DNA of 64,000 bases from a virus (IMGVR_UViG_3300046820_001270:192001-256000); one strand, 5' to 3'; numbered from the stretch's first letter, positions 7,352 to 17,240 are shown. Numbers and translations: made by a program. The notes: generated by a model from the sequence alone, not told the origin.

Positions 7352-7374
7352 AATATTATTAGTTAAACTTACAT

Positions 7375-7470
7375 TTAACCGTGATTAATATCTCCGAGAC
7401 ATATAGACATAGGACGATCATTCCAATTTTGTTGGTTCATCGGCGACGTTGTATATAGGTTTTGTCTCAT
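7375..7470 (-). CDS. Putative 31-aa leader peptide (MRQNLYTTSPMNQQNWNDRPMSICLGDINHG)
   Basis: Short ORF between the promoter (7501-7508) and the terminator. It contains segments complementary to the terminator 5' arm. Confidence 0.55.
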   Translation of the reverse strand: MRQNLYTTSPMNQQNWNDRPMSICLGDINHG

Positions 7471-7500
7471 TGAATTTTGTTTAATTTTTGTTTCTTTTTA

Positions 7501-7508
7501 CAAAGATA
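7501..7508 (-). promoter_or_regulatory. Bacteroidota sigma70 -7 element heading the tRNA array
   Basis: Minus strand TATCTTTG. Confidence 0.7.
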
Positions 7509-7594
7509 CATATAAATATATACATAAACAATAAAAGGTTAAAATATTTTATAATCAATTATGAATCAATCGATAAGAACTGATATTTATCAAT

Positions 7595-8110
7595 ATGACA
7601 AAAATAAAGGGACTCTCTCTCCTTTTATGTACTTTGTTCTTGGCATTCTCTTCATTTGCTCAGGACACGCAAAAAGTGTACATATCTGGCGTTGAGAATA
7701 AAATCAAGATTGGTCGTATGACATCTAACCGAAACTTGGCTTTCGGTGTTAAAAACATTTTCGAAGAAATTTTACAGGATAAGGATTTCACAATCGTAGA
7801 GGTACGTAGTGAGGCTGACGTTTTATTAAACGTTGATTTATTATTTTTTGACGTTAATAAAACTAAAAGAAACGTTTCAGTATTTCATTCTAATGTTGAA
7901 GAAACATTGGTAATAATGAAAGGTACTATCACCGATAAATCAGGTAAAAAATTAAAAGAGGTGGTGGCCGAAGAATCAAGTTCAGAAATTTCTACGTCAA
8001 CGTTAATCACTGACGAAGGAAGTGGACAAATAAACCAACAGGCATTGTCTTCAGCAATTAAGAAGACATGTGTTTCACTTGTAGATAAAATATTTTTAAA
8101 TAAGAAATGA
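7595..8110 (+). CDS. Secreted protein, probable CsgG/TolB_N/LpoB-like fold
   Basis: Sec signal peptide ending FAQ; alpha/beta pattern KVYISGVEN...GVKNIFEEIL...EADVLLNVDLL. Confidence 0.55.
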   Translation: MTKIKGLSLLLCTLFLAFSSFAQDTQKVYISGVENKIKIGRMTSNRNLAFGVKNIFEEILQDKDFTIVEVRSEADVLLNVDLLFFDVNKTKRNVSVFHSNVEETLVIMKGTITDKSGKKLKEVVAEESSSEISTSTLITDEGSGQINQQALSSAIKKTCVSLVDKIFLNKK

Positions 8111-9759
8111 AAAAACTAACATTATTAATGGGATTATTTTTATTAATGTCCCTATCATCATTCGCACAATTAACTATCAGTCAATCATTAACACCAACAA
8201 CGGGTTTAAAGGTGGGTGATACAATTACCGTTAGATATAATCTAACAAAAGGTCAGGTAATCGTAAATCCTCGTTACCTTTGGTTTAGATATCAATTTAA
8301 CAACAAGGCGTTGACTTATCTTTCAACTGAATTTAATCAGGGTGCATCTACACAAACATTCTACACAGGTTGGAACAACTATAAGTTCACACCGAATACT
8401 AATAATAACGCTAGTGATAATGAATTGAATGTTCAATATGGTTTAAGTCCATGGAATTACACAGTAAATTCGGATTGGAATGTCGGACAATTAACCATTC
8501 AAAGAGCAGACCGTTCTATTGATGGGTTACTTGCAACTCAAAAGTATATTTTAAAAGATCAAAACACATATGATAATATATTCAAAATAGATTTGGCAAC
8601 AGGTACCGATACAACTGGTGCTGTTGTTGGAACTATCTTTGGTGGTGGGTGGTCATCCATATCTAATGTAGTTGGTAACACGTCACAATTCAAAGTTAGA
8701 GTGTTATTCCCACAAGGATATACGATTAGCGACCACAATGTTCAATTGATGAGATTGAAAACAGATGGTAGTGGTGACATTGATTGGTCACAACAACCAA
8801 TTACACAAAAAGCGTTGGATGCAAGTGGTGAAGCAATATTCACATCAGGTGTTAAAGTTGGTGATTCGGTTGGTGTATTTATATCACCCGCATCACAAAA
8901 GACTTGGATGAATAATGTAATCACAGTTTCAGATGCATATAAAGCATTCTTAGGTCATTCTCAAACTGATATTAGTGGAACCGCAAACTTCTTTACAAGA
9001 CCTGTTTTAGAAAGAAAAATAGGTAATGTAACAAAAAATGATATGACATTCAACGAAGCTGACTCATATAACTTATTTGCATATGTAATCGGACAAGATG
9101 TATCAATAAATGCATTCATTCCGACATCAACTGCAACTTCTTGGAGATGGCATAGTGGTTTATTAAATCAAAGTTGGTTAGATGGTGTTACTAAAAATAG
9201 AGTATTAGTTACAGCACCATCACAAACTGTTGATGCGGTATTTGCATGGGCAGGTGACTTAAACTGGTCACACTCATCTCATCCTGACACAATTGCAACT
9301 AGAATTACACAAGGTAATTTTACAAACTCAGTAAACGATAGAAACTTCCAATCACTTTCAGTGAAATCAATGTCATATACTCAACCTACATTTGAAAAAA
9401 TGACATTGGGTATTAACTCTACTTTAGAAAATGGTAAAGTTGTATTAACTACAACATTAACAAAAGAAGGATTGGCAGGTTTACAAGTTATTATGAATTA
9501 TGACGAAAGTAAATTAACGTTGGATAATGTTTCATTTGATGCGGGATCTACAATTACAAACTTCTCAACTCGTGATGGTAATAGATTAACATTTGGTTCA
9601 ATTGATCAAATGAAAACTGCGAGAATTAAAGTAGGGACACCGTATAAATTAATTTTCACCCCTAAAGTTCAATTAACAAATACCGCAGGTTTATTCTTCT
9701 TTGTATTAGCAGACGCGGTTGATGGTTTGGGTAAGAAAATTGATTTGACAATAGAATAA
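8107..9759 (+). CDS. Secreted protein with N- and C-terminal cohesin-like domains and a central dockerin-like region
   Basis: Signal peptide; LKVGDTITVRYNL...WFRYQFNNKALTY; ITVSDAY...GNVTKNDMTFNEADSY; GLQVIMNYDESKLTL. Confidence 0.65.
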   Translation: MKKLTLLMGLFLLMSLSSFAQLTISQSLTPTTGLKVGDTITVRYNLTKGQVIVNPRYLWFRYQFNNKALTYLSTEFNQGASTQTFYTGWNNYKFTPNTNNNASDNELNVQYGLSPWNYTVNSDWNVGQLTIQRADRSIDGLLATQKYILKDQNTYDNIFKIDLATGTDTTGAVVGTIFGGGWSSISNVVGNTSQFKVRVLFPQGYTISDHNVQLMRLKTDGSGDIDWSQQPITQKALDASGEAIFTSGVKVGDSVGVFISPASQKTWMNNVITVSDAYKAFLGHSQTDISGTANFFTRPVLERKIGNVTKNDMTFNEADSYNLFAYVIGQDVSINAFIPTSTATSWRWHSGLLNQSWLDGVTKNRVLVTAPSQTVDAVFAWAGDLNWSHSSHPDTIATRITQGNFTNSVNDRNFQSLSVKSMSYTQPTFEKMTLGINSTLENGKVVLTTTLTKEGLAGLQVIMNYDESKLTLDNVSFDAGSTITNFSTRDGNRLTFGSIDQMKTARIKVGTPYKLIFTPKVQLTNTAGLFFFVLADAVDGLGKKIDLTIE

Positions 9760-9762
9760 TTT

Positions 9763-12045
9763 ATGAAAAAACTATTAGTAGTATTATTTTTATTTATATC
9801 ATTTTTAGGGTTCGGACAGAGTGTATCTGCTCCGGACTCTAAATCGTTTATACCATCCACAACTGCACAAGATGGAAGTGGATTCGTATTAAGTGGATTT
9901 AGTGCAACATCTACTTTGTTAGCATCAATCAGTTTAATAAATCCATCAACAAATACTACATTTTATTTAACTACAACAACGGGTTTAACTGCAGCAAGTG
10001 GATTTACTTTAAGTGGTAACAAAACTCGTTTGGTTGTAACGGGAACGATGGCTAATATCAATACCGCATTGGAATCGTTAAAAGTTAATACAGGTTCAGT
10101 AGTAGGTAATGTTCAATTATCAGTAGCGGCAACTGTCAACCCCGTTGGGTATTTCTACAATGGTGTTAATGGACACTTTTATAGACCTATATCAACCGGA
10201 GCAACTTATACAAATGCAAGAACACTATCATCTCAACAAACATTCAAAGGACAGACAGGATATTTGGTAACAATTACTTCTGCGGATGAAGATGCTTTTA
10301 TATTTGCTAATGTTCCACAAGCTAGTATTTGGTTTGCATTAACCGATGAAGCAAGTGAAGCTAGATGGACAATCGATGCTGGTCCTGAAAACGGAACTCT
10401 AATTAAAATCAATAACGGACAACTAAACGGAAACATTCCTGGTCAATATAACAACTGGGCACCTGGTGAACCAAACAATAGTGGTAACGAAGATTATGCA
10501 GTAACTAAATGGGGTGGAGGTTCTCAATGGAACGATTTACCAAATCATTTTAGTTGTGCTTATGTAGTTGAATTTGGAACTTGGACTAACCCTGATGACC
10601 AAACATTTACAGAATTTTATACTAATAGTGTAACTCACTCAAACGGAGAAGTATTAAGAGCATCATTCAATGTAGATTTTGGAACTAATGTAGATGAAAC
10701 TAAATTTACAGCAAAAGGATACACATATACTAACAACACATGGAATATAGTAAACGGAACTGCTAGACAATTGAGTGGATTGGGTAAAGTTGATTTAACT
10801 ACCTTATTAGATACTAATAAAATTGCTGGAAATGGATATAGAGCAACAACCTCTACCGGACAAGTTGAATGGGCAATAATAAATCCATATAATGAAACTT
10901 TGGGTGGCCATCAATTATTAATAGACGAAAGAGAATTCGACGGAACAGGGGTATCCCCAAATAATGTAACATCAATTAAATTATTTGACATATACGATGG
11001 ACCAGTTAGTGTTAATAGTGTAAGTGGATGGTGGAAAACATATGTAATTCCTGGCAATTTGACAACCAAAATAACTTCATCTACGTTTCAAGCTCAATTA
11101 AGATTACAAGATGGTTGGTATGGAACAAGAGCCGAATTTACTTTCTCACCAATAATGTCATACAAATCACATGGAATAGAATTATCTCATTCAAATCAAA
11201 CTGAGTTAAACACATTGTATAGTAGTATTGTGAGTGTGGCTGATGTATATTTAGCATTCAAAGAATTAGCAGATAGGGGTATATTAGGAAATCAAAGTGG
11301 ATTAGGTTTGACAAATGGTATTCAGTATTTGAATGCAGATGTGGATGGGAATGGGGTATTCAATGAAGCGGATACCTACAAATTATTACAACATCTAACA
11401 GGAGTTCAATCACTTTCACAATCCACTGCATTAACTTATTTAATGAAGTTATACAATAAATCAGCATATGATACAATAACAACATCGAATTGGGGAACTC
11501 AATTTAATTACACTCGTAACTTAATTCCATTTACATTAACTAGTTTGAATAACACATATAATTTAAGTGTAACTTGGTTAGGTGATGTAAACTTATCACA
11601 TTCAGCACAACAAAGTGTAAGTAGTGTTGCAACTAATTCATATAGAAGTATGAGTGTATTTTCATCACCGATATCAAATGAAATCAATGCATCAATCTTA
11701 ACTGAAATGATTGGTGATAGTGTTTATGCATATATCACAATTGACCCAATAGGACAAGAATTGGTAGGAACACAATTCAAATTAAATTACGATAATAGTT
11801 TATTGAAATTTAACAATGTAAGTTTCAAAACAAAAGGTTTTCCTACAAATTATGGAACTGACAAAGGTGATTATATCAATTTAGGTTCTTTAATTACGGA
11901 TGGTGGAATTTTGGATAATACAACTGAATATAGAATATCATTCACATCAAAAACAAAATTGGATAACATATTAGGATTGATTTCAGTAGATACAACGGAT
12001 GCGGTTAGTAAAGATGGTAAACAATTAAAAGTAAAAATAAAATAA
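9763..12045 (+). CDS. Secreted C-type lectin + dockerin-like + cohesin-like protein
   Basis: NGHFYR...YLVTITSADED...NWAPGEPNNSGNEDY...WNDL (CTL); ADVDGNGVFNEADTYKLLQHL (dockerin); GTQFKLNYDNSLLKF (cohesin). Confidence 0.75.
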   Translation: MKKLLVVLFLFISFLGFGQSVSAPDSKSFIPSTTAQDGSGFVLSGFSATSTLLASISLINPSTNTTFYLTTTTGLTAASGFTLSGNKTRLVVTGTMANINTALESLKVNTGSVVGNVQLSVAATVNPVGYFYNGVNGHFYRPISTGATYTNARTLSSQQTFKGQTGYLVTITSADEDAFIFANVPQASIWFALTDEASEARWTIDAGPENGTLIKINNGQLNGNIPGQYNNWAPGEPNNSGNEDYAVTKWGGGSQWNDLPNHFSCAYVVEFGTWTNPDDQTFTEFYTNSVTHSNGEVLRASFNVDFGTNVDETKFTAKGYTYTNNTWNIVNGTARQLSGLGKVDLTTLLDTNKIAGNGYRATTSTGQVEWAIINPYNETLGGHQLLIDEREFDGTGVSPNNVTSIKLFDIYDGPVSVNSVSGWWKTYVIPGNLTTKITSSTFQAQLRLQDGWYGTRAEFTFSPIMSYKSHGIELSHSNQTELNTLYSSIVSVADVYLAFKELADRGILGNQSGLGLTNGIQYLNADVDGNGVFNEADTYKLLQHLTGVQSLSQSTALTYLMKLYNKSAYDTITTSNWGTQFNYTRNLIPFTLTSLNNTYNLSVTWLGDVNLSHSAQQSVSSVATNSYRSMSVFSSPISNEINASILTEMIGDSVYAYITIDPIGQELVGTQFKLNYDNSLLKFNNVSFKTKGFPTNYGTDKGDYINLGSLITDGGILDNTTEYRISFTSKTKLDNILGLISVDTTDAVSKDGKQLKVKIK

Positions 12046-12051
12046 AAAATT

Positions 12052-12348
12052 ATGAATGTATCGTTTGATTATAATGAAATGAAGAATTTTATATCACACA
12101 CAGGTAAATATAAAATCGTAAATGTTAAGTGTTTTATTATAGTAGCCGGTAGTTGGTATAATCAATTTAGAAGAGAAGAAGAAGAGGTAGATATGGAAGT
12201 GGCTTATCTAATAGATGATATTGAAACTGAAAAATGGATATTTGATGAAAGATATAGGAAAAGAAAAGACGAACTTATGATGTGGAGTATCGAATCGGTT
12301 TTTTATAGAGAGTACAAAAGTAAAATATTAAATTTATTATATAAGTGA
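12052..12348 (+). CDS. Hypothetical cytoplasmic protein
   Basis: 98-aa ORF without a signal peptide, inside the operon. Confidence 0.65.
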   Translation: MNVSFDYNEMKNFISHTGKYKIVNVKCFIIVAGSWYNQFRREEEEVDMEVAYLIDDIETEKWIFDERYRKRKDELMMWSIESVFYREYKSKILNLLYK

Positions 12349-13238
12349 AAAAACTAATAATCATATTATCCTTACTTTGTATAAGTTTTGTTTCAAACGC
12401 ACAAATCGTAAAACCTGATACATTACAATTATCACCAAAAGAATTATTTGGAGAGAGTGATGATTGGAACGATGTGGGTATATTGCAATCCTATGTTAAT
12501 TTTTCAAAAGATGTTCTCTCATCATCAAACCTTTCAGTTGGTATAATTGGTAGGCAAGTATCTACAACTCTTAATTTAGGTTACAATAAATCATCTATGA
12601 ATGGTCAATGGGCCCACACATTTGCGGCATCAATAAATCCTATATGGAACTACTATGGAGTAGGTTATGGACTTAGTAGAAATACAGAAAAAAGAACAAC
12701 AACAATACAAACATTTTATTCTACGGATTTTGATTTCCAAAAAGATATTACATTATCATTTATAGATGTGTTTAGAACAAAAAAGTATGGAACATTCGGT
12801 TATAGTTTAACAGCATCAAAATCATTTTGGGGAACTTATCAAGGTGAATGGGAAGGAAAATATACGGTAGATGAAAATGGTGATTTTAAAGATTTAATAT
12901 ATCCACAAATGCCGGCATCATCCGAACTTTCTTATAGAGGTATGGTGATGTACACTTATACATTGAAAACAAAAAGGGTGAATATTTCACCGCAAATATT
13001 TGCAATGAGTGATGTATATAAAGTATTTAAAGATGGTACCAAATCGGATTTAGCATATGTAGATGATTTCAATTTGGATTTATATTATGGTACATCTATT
13101 GATTGGAAAATAACTAAAAGATTTGTGTTGAATACTAATATTAGATATAACACAACTTGGGATAAATTAAGTGAATCAGTTGGTTATAAAAAAAGTAACC
13201 CAATAATGTTTATGATAGGAACAAACTTTCAATTTTAA
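12345..13238 (+). CDS. Putative outer-membrane beta-barrel protein
   Basis: Signal peptide, amphipathic strands, C-terminal Bam-type signal IGTNFQF. Confidence 0.7.
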   Translation: MKKLIIILSLLCISFVSNAQIVKPDTLQLSPKELFGESDDWNDVGILQSYVNFSKDVLSSSNLSVGIIGRQVSTTLNLGYNKSSMNGQWAHTFAASINPIWNYYGVGYGLSRNTEKRTTTIQTFYSTDFDFQKDITLSFIDVFRTKKYGTFGYSLTASKSFWGTYQGEWEGKYTVDENGDFKDLIYPQMPASSELSYRGMVMYTYTLKTKRVNISPQIFAMSDVYKVFKDGTKSDLAYVDDFNLDLYYGTSIDWKITKRFVLNTNIRYNTTWDKLSESVGYKKSNPIMFMIGTNFQF

Positions 13239-13582
13239 TGAAAAAGATAATAATCATATTAATTTTATCGTTGGTGTCGTGTAAAAAAACACAAGTTCCA
13301 CCCACACCACAAACCATAAATAAAGAATTTTTCAATTCACGTGAAAATAACGTTAAAAATGGGGATATTATTAATTTTACCTTAACCACAGTTGGTGTTT
13401 ATACTTTAACAATGATTGATACGGTTCAAAATCAAGTTATTACCAGAGAAAAATTCACAGGTAAAATTGGTATAAACTCACTTAAAATATTTACAAAAAC
13501 TTTACCGACAAAATACCTAAGTGTCGTTTTAAAGGATCAAAATAATCAACAGATAGGTAAAACAAGAATAACAATAAACTAA
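13238..13582 (+). CDS. Lipoprotein with Ig/T9SS-CTD-like domain
   Basis: Lipobox LVSC-KK; GVYTLTMIDTVQNQVI...YLSVVLKDQNNQQI. Confidence 0.65.
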   Translation: MKKIIIILILSLVSCKKTQVPPTPQTINKEFFNSRENNVKNGDIINFTLTTVGVYTLTMIDTVQNQVITREKFTGKIGINSLKIFTKTLPTKYLSVVLKDQNNQQIGKTRITIN

Positions 13583-13595
13583 AAAATAACAAAAA

Positions 13596-13964
13596 ATGAA
13601 AAAAGTATCTCTCGTACTCTTCGGTTTAATTCTACTTGCTGGATGTAGAAAATCAGATTTTCCAACACCTCCTCAATCAATTAGTGATGATTTAAAAATT
13701 GCTAGTTTATCAGGGTTAAAATTACAAACTGCATTTGTAACAAGTGAAGTTTCAATGAACATAAAAAGTGAGGCATCTCAAACTGTCACTATCAAAATCT
13801 TTGATATTGCAAATAGAGTAGTGTCTAAATCAACAAGCGAGGTAAAATCAGGTGATAACATATTGAAGGTATATACCTCAGCATTACCGTCATCAGGATA
13901 TAGAATTGCAATTTACGATCGTGCCGGTAATATGTTAGGTATTACGGACTTTAATAAAATTTAA
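13596..13964 (+). CDS. Lipoprotein with T9SS C-terminal sorting domain-like fold
   Basis: Lipobox LAGC-RK; VTIKIFDIANRVV...SGDNILKVYTSALPSSGYRIAI. Confidence 0.7.
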   Translation: MKKVSLVLFGLILLAGCRKSDFPTPPQSISDDLKIASLSGLKLQTAFVTSEVSMNIKSEASQTVTIKIFDIANRVVSKSTSEVKSGDNILKVYTSALPSSGYRIAIYDRAGNMLGITDFNKI

Positions 13965-13995
13965 GATAATTATATAAAGACAAAAACACAAAATT

Positions 13996-14304
13996 ATGGC
14001 AGAAGAAGTAGAACAAGAATCAACAGGTAAATCCTTTAAAGGAATTATTATCACATTAGTAAGTACAGTTACATTAGGTGTAGGTGGATTTATTACGAAC
14101 AAATTAACAGGTGGTGGAGATGATGAAAAACCGGCAGTACAACAAGCGGCTCCCGTAATCAACATTCAAAACACTCAAAACCAGTCTCAATCGGCGGGTG
14201 GTGGTAAGACAGTCATTATTAAAGAAAAGGAAACTGTTAAAGAACAACCAAAACCTAAGAAGAAAGAAGGTGATGAGTTTAAAGAAGAAGCTCCAAAGTG
14301 GTAG
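13996..14304 (+). CDS. Single-pass membrane protein
   Basis: TM segment IIITLVSTVTLGVGGFI, then a charged low-complexity tail. Confidence 0.7.
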   Translation: MAEEVEQESTGKSFKGIIITLVSTVTLGVGGFITNKLTGGGDDEKPAVQQAAPVINIQNTQNQSQSAGGGKTVIIKEKETVKEQPKPKKKEGDEFKEEAPKW

Positions 14305-14403
14305 TATCTGTAACAGGATACCAAATTGGGACACTAATCTTTACGATTATAATAATGGGGTTTTCAATAAAGACGACCTTGGATTTAATAAAAAAAGAAA
14401 AAA

Positions 14404-15030
14404 ATGGCTGATCAACAACCACCAAGTGGATTTAAAGAATTATTAGCAAGTATGATGAAACGTAGATGGTTCATCACCGCCATCGTATTAGGTGGATTCA
14501 TGATTATCATAATGGGTATATTTGGAGCAATTCTAAATAAATCTGCAATCGAGGGAGAGTGGAAAGAACTTTTATTATTGTTATTGGGTGCTTTCATTGG
14601 TTCTTATGGTAAAATCATTGACTATTGGTTTAGTGATACTGATAAGGATAAAATGTTAGTTCAGAAAATGGATGAGGAAGACGGTACATCATTAAGTAAT
14701 ACCGCGGATTTACCAAATAACCCAATTGTCCCAATGTCAACAGCACCTTTAGTTTTACCAACAACACAAGATACGGTAGAAGTCGAAACTCCACAACAAA
14801 GTGATGAAGTTATTACTCAAGTTACACCAAAAGTAGGTGTGGAGATTGATGAAGATGGTGATGGAACTATGGATGGTTTAGATTTTGACGGAGATGGTAA
14901 AATTGATGAATATTTTACACACAGACAATGTGAACACGTTTGGGGAGACTTAGACGGTGATGGTACAGAGGAGTGTTTGAAATGTGGTAAAGTAAAAGAT
15001 GAATTTGCAGAAATGCATATGGAAGGATAA
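14404..15030 (+). CDS. Two-TM membrane protein with DxDGDG Ca-binding repeats and a C-terminal Cys/His motif
   Basis: Two TM helices; DEDGDG, DFDGDG, DLDGDG; CEHVW...CLKC. Confidence 0.75.
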   Translation: MADQQPPSGFKELLASMMKRRWFITAIVLGGFMIIIMGIFGAILNKSAIEGEWKELLLLLLGAFIGSYGKIIDYWFSDTDKDKMLVQKMDEEDGTSLSNTADLPNNPIVPMSTAPLVLPTTQDTVEVETPQQSDEVITQVTPKVGVEIDEDGDGTMDGLDFDGDGKIDEYFTHRQCEHVWGDLDGDGTEECLKCGKVKDEFAEMHMEG

Positions 15031-15056
15031 TAAACAAAGACAAAAAATAAAAAACT

Positions 15057-15305
15057 ATGAATTTTAAACAATGGGTTATTGAACTTTTCAAAGATGAAAG
15101 AGGTTCTATATCGGTAAAACCGGTAATTGCAATGATAGGTGCTATGTTCCTATGTATTACGATGATATTAAATTCGTTCTCTCACGCGGATTTTGCTCCA
15201 TCACCTGAATTGGTTAACGCGGTTATGTTAATCACAGGTATTGGAATGGGTGCAGATACTTTAGATAAGTTCTCACACAAAAAGAAAGAAGAAACAGAAG
15301 GTTAA
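15057..15305 (+). CDS. Small two-TM protein (holin-like)
   Basis: Two TM helices and a charged C-terminus. Confidence 0.6.
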   Translation: MNFKQWVIELFKDERGSISVKPVIAMIGAMFLCITMILNSFSHADFAPSPELVNAVMLITGIGMGADTLDKFSHKKKEETEG

Positions 15306-15308
15306 TAT

Positions 15309-15337
15309 TAAGGAGGGTTTATCCCTCCTTTTTTTTT
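15309..15337 (+). terminator. Intrinsic terminator
   Basis: AGGAGGG-tttat-CCCTCCT followed by a T run. Confidence 0.85.
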
Positions 15338-15362
15338 GTATATATTTATTAAAAATGATTAT

Positions 15363-15575
15363 ATGAAAAAATTAAAAGAAACATTAGCTTTAAGATTTGT
15401 TCAGTTAGTTTTTGTATGGGTAAACTTGGCACTAGCATTTCAAGTGTTTATGTTAGTCACACATTTTACTAATCCAGAATTAAGTACAAAAATAGGTAAT
15501 GAAATAATGTGGAAAATTGACGGGACATTCAAAAATGACCCTAATAATATATGGTACGAAGGACCATCAAAATAG
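15363..15575 (+). CDS. Small membrane protein
   Basis: One long hydrophobic helix; start chosen downstream of TATTTAT at 15343. Confidence 0.6.
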   Translation: MKKLKETLALRFVQLVFVWVNLALAFQVFMLVTHFTNPELSTKIGNEIMWKIDGTFKNDPNNIWYEGPSK

Positions 15576-15581
15576 TAGATA

Positions 15582-16160
15582 ATGATTTTCCCAAAAAGAA
15601 TTAGTAATAATATTTTTTTTAAAAAAGAATTTATTGACGGGTTGTTACTAAATGTACCAAAAGAAACCATGAACTATTGGGGGGTTTCGATTATTGACAC
15701 TAACAAAATAGAAGGGGGAATTCGTTATATCAATGGCATAATAGATGTTATCTATATCGTTATAAATTGTAAAAAAGGGGTTGATCGTTCAGAAAAATTA
15801 ATAAAATTCAATTTAATTGAACAAAATTATGTTTTTGATTCTTTATACATAAAATATGATATTAAAACTGATTCTCCGTCCTTTCCAATTGAATATAGGT
15901 ACGATAACGATTTAAACGTAATTGCGACATATAAATGGAATAATAACATTAATGAATATCTTAGAACAGGTATTCTTACCACACAATATAAAGATAATAT
16001 TAAATTAAAAGAATATATATTATGTGCAAATAAAAAGGTACCCGAATCATTTAAAGAACTAACCGATATATTGATAATTCCAGAAAGTATTTATAATAAT
16101 GATATAGAATACTTATCTGTTAAAGATAATCAAGAATTATTATATTATTATATTAAATAA
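15582..16160 (+). CDS. Hypothetical protein
   Basis: 192-aa, very AT-rich ORF. Confidence 0.6.
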   Translation: MIFPKRISNNIFFKKEFIDGLLLNVPKETMNYWGVSIIDTNKIEGGIRYINGIIDVIYIVINCKKGVDRSEKLIKFNLIEQNYVFDSLYIKYDIKTDSPSFPIEYRYDNDLNVIATYKWNNNINEYLRTGILTTQYKDNIKLKEYILCANKKVPESFKELTDILIIPESIYNNDIEYLSVKDNQELLYYYIK

Positions 16161-16166
16161 AAAAAT

Positions 16167-17240
16167 ATGAAAAAAGAACAAATTCCTACGGGATGGAAAG
16201 GTGGTTTTCCCTCAGAAAATCAAAAACAAATGTTATATCCTACTTCGGATTTAACTTCATTACCTATGTTGGGTAATATGGATAACATCGATTTACTACA
16301 AAGACAATGGGGTGTTAAATGGCCAATGTTTAGTTGGAATACTCTAAATGGAGAAAAGGATCCAAAGCGTTGTTATGTACAATTTGCTCCTTATATCTCA
16401 AGAATAGGATATACCAATGAAGGTAGAATTTATTCCATAATCTGTCCTCAACAAGGGATGTGGATTGGGGATGAAATTTGTATCAATGTTGAAGTAACAG
16501 TTACAGGACAAAGAGGTTGGGTTAATGAAACCACAAAAGAAATTTCTGCAGATATGATGGTTGAGGGAAAAATTTGGTTAACACCAAGTGAACATCAAGG
16601 TAGTCATTTAAAAGCAATTTGGCCATTATTAAAATACGGATCTCACAAATACCCTATCGACAAAGAAAACGCTATTCGTGTTGGAACACACCTACCAGGA
16701 AATCCTAAAGAACCTATATTCCAACTCGGAAAAGGTCTATCCTCAAGATTTAAAAATCCAGAATATGCTTTACACGAAGAAGGATCATTTACAACAGGAC
16801 ATATTGATGTTGAGATAGGAGGAATGATCCCCACAAACGATGAAAAATTAGATAAGTTTAATCAATATTTTTTAAACATTTTTAATATAGCTACGGGTAA
16901 TATGCTACAAAAGGGTAATGTATTATCGTGGAATTTATGGTTTAATTCACCTGAGTTAGTTTCAGTTCCTGAATGGAAAAATCACGCTGAATATTGGCGT
17001 ACTTCTATAAACGCCCATCACGGTTCACCAGGTGGTGAGGGAACAAGTGCAAGATATTTTGACGGAACATATTTTGACACTAAATCATTTGCTGTTAAAG
17101 AGATTGTTAAAGAAATTTTAAATCACACCGTAAAAAATTCCGTGTTGAGGAAGGTTTTAATATTCACTATAGAACATTTCCCTAAAACAATTTTGGATAT
17201 GTTTTTAAAGAAAAGTAATAAAGATAAAACAAATACATAA
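16167..17240 (+). CDS. Hypothetical protein (Trp/Gly/Pro-rich globular)
   Basis: 357-aa ORF; no family recognised. Confidence 0.75.
   Translation: MKKEQIPTGWKGGFPSENQKQMLYPTSDLTSLPMLGNMDNIDLLQRQWGVKWPMFSWNTLNGEKDPKRCYVQFAPYISRIGYTNEGRIYSIICPQQGMWIGDEICINVEVTVTGQRGWVNETTKEISADMMVEGKIWLTPSEHQGSHLKAIWPLLKYGSHKYPIDKENAIRVGTHLPGNPKEPIFQLGKGLSSRFKNPEYALHEEGSFTTGHIDVEIGGMIPTNDEKLDKFNQYFLNIFNIATGNMLQKGNVLSWNLWFNSPELVSVPEWKNHAEYWRTSINAHHGSPGGEGTSARYFDGTYFDTKSFAVKEIVKEILNHTVKNSVLRKVLIFTIEHFPKTILDMFLKKSNKDKTNT

Noticed and set aside
9763-12045. Diversity-generating retroelement targeting the lectin
   Set aside because: No reverse transcriptase and no adenine-variant template repeat seen in the window.
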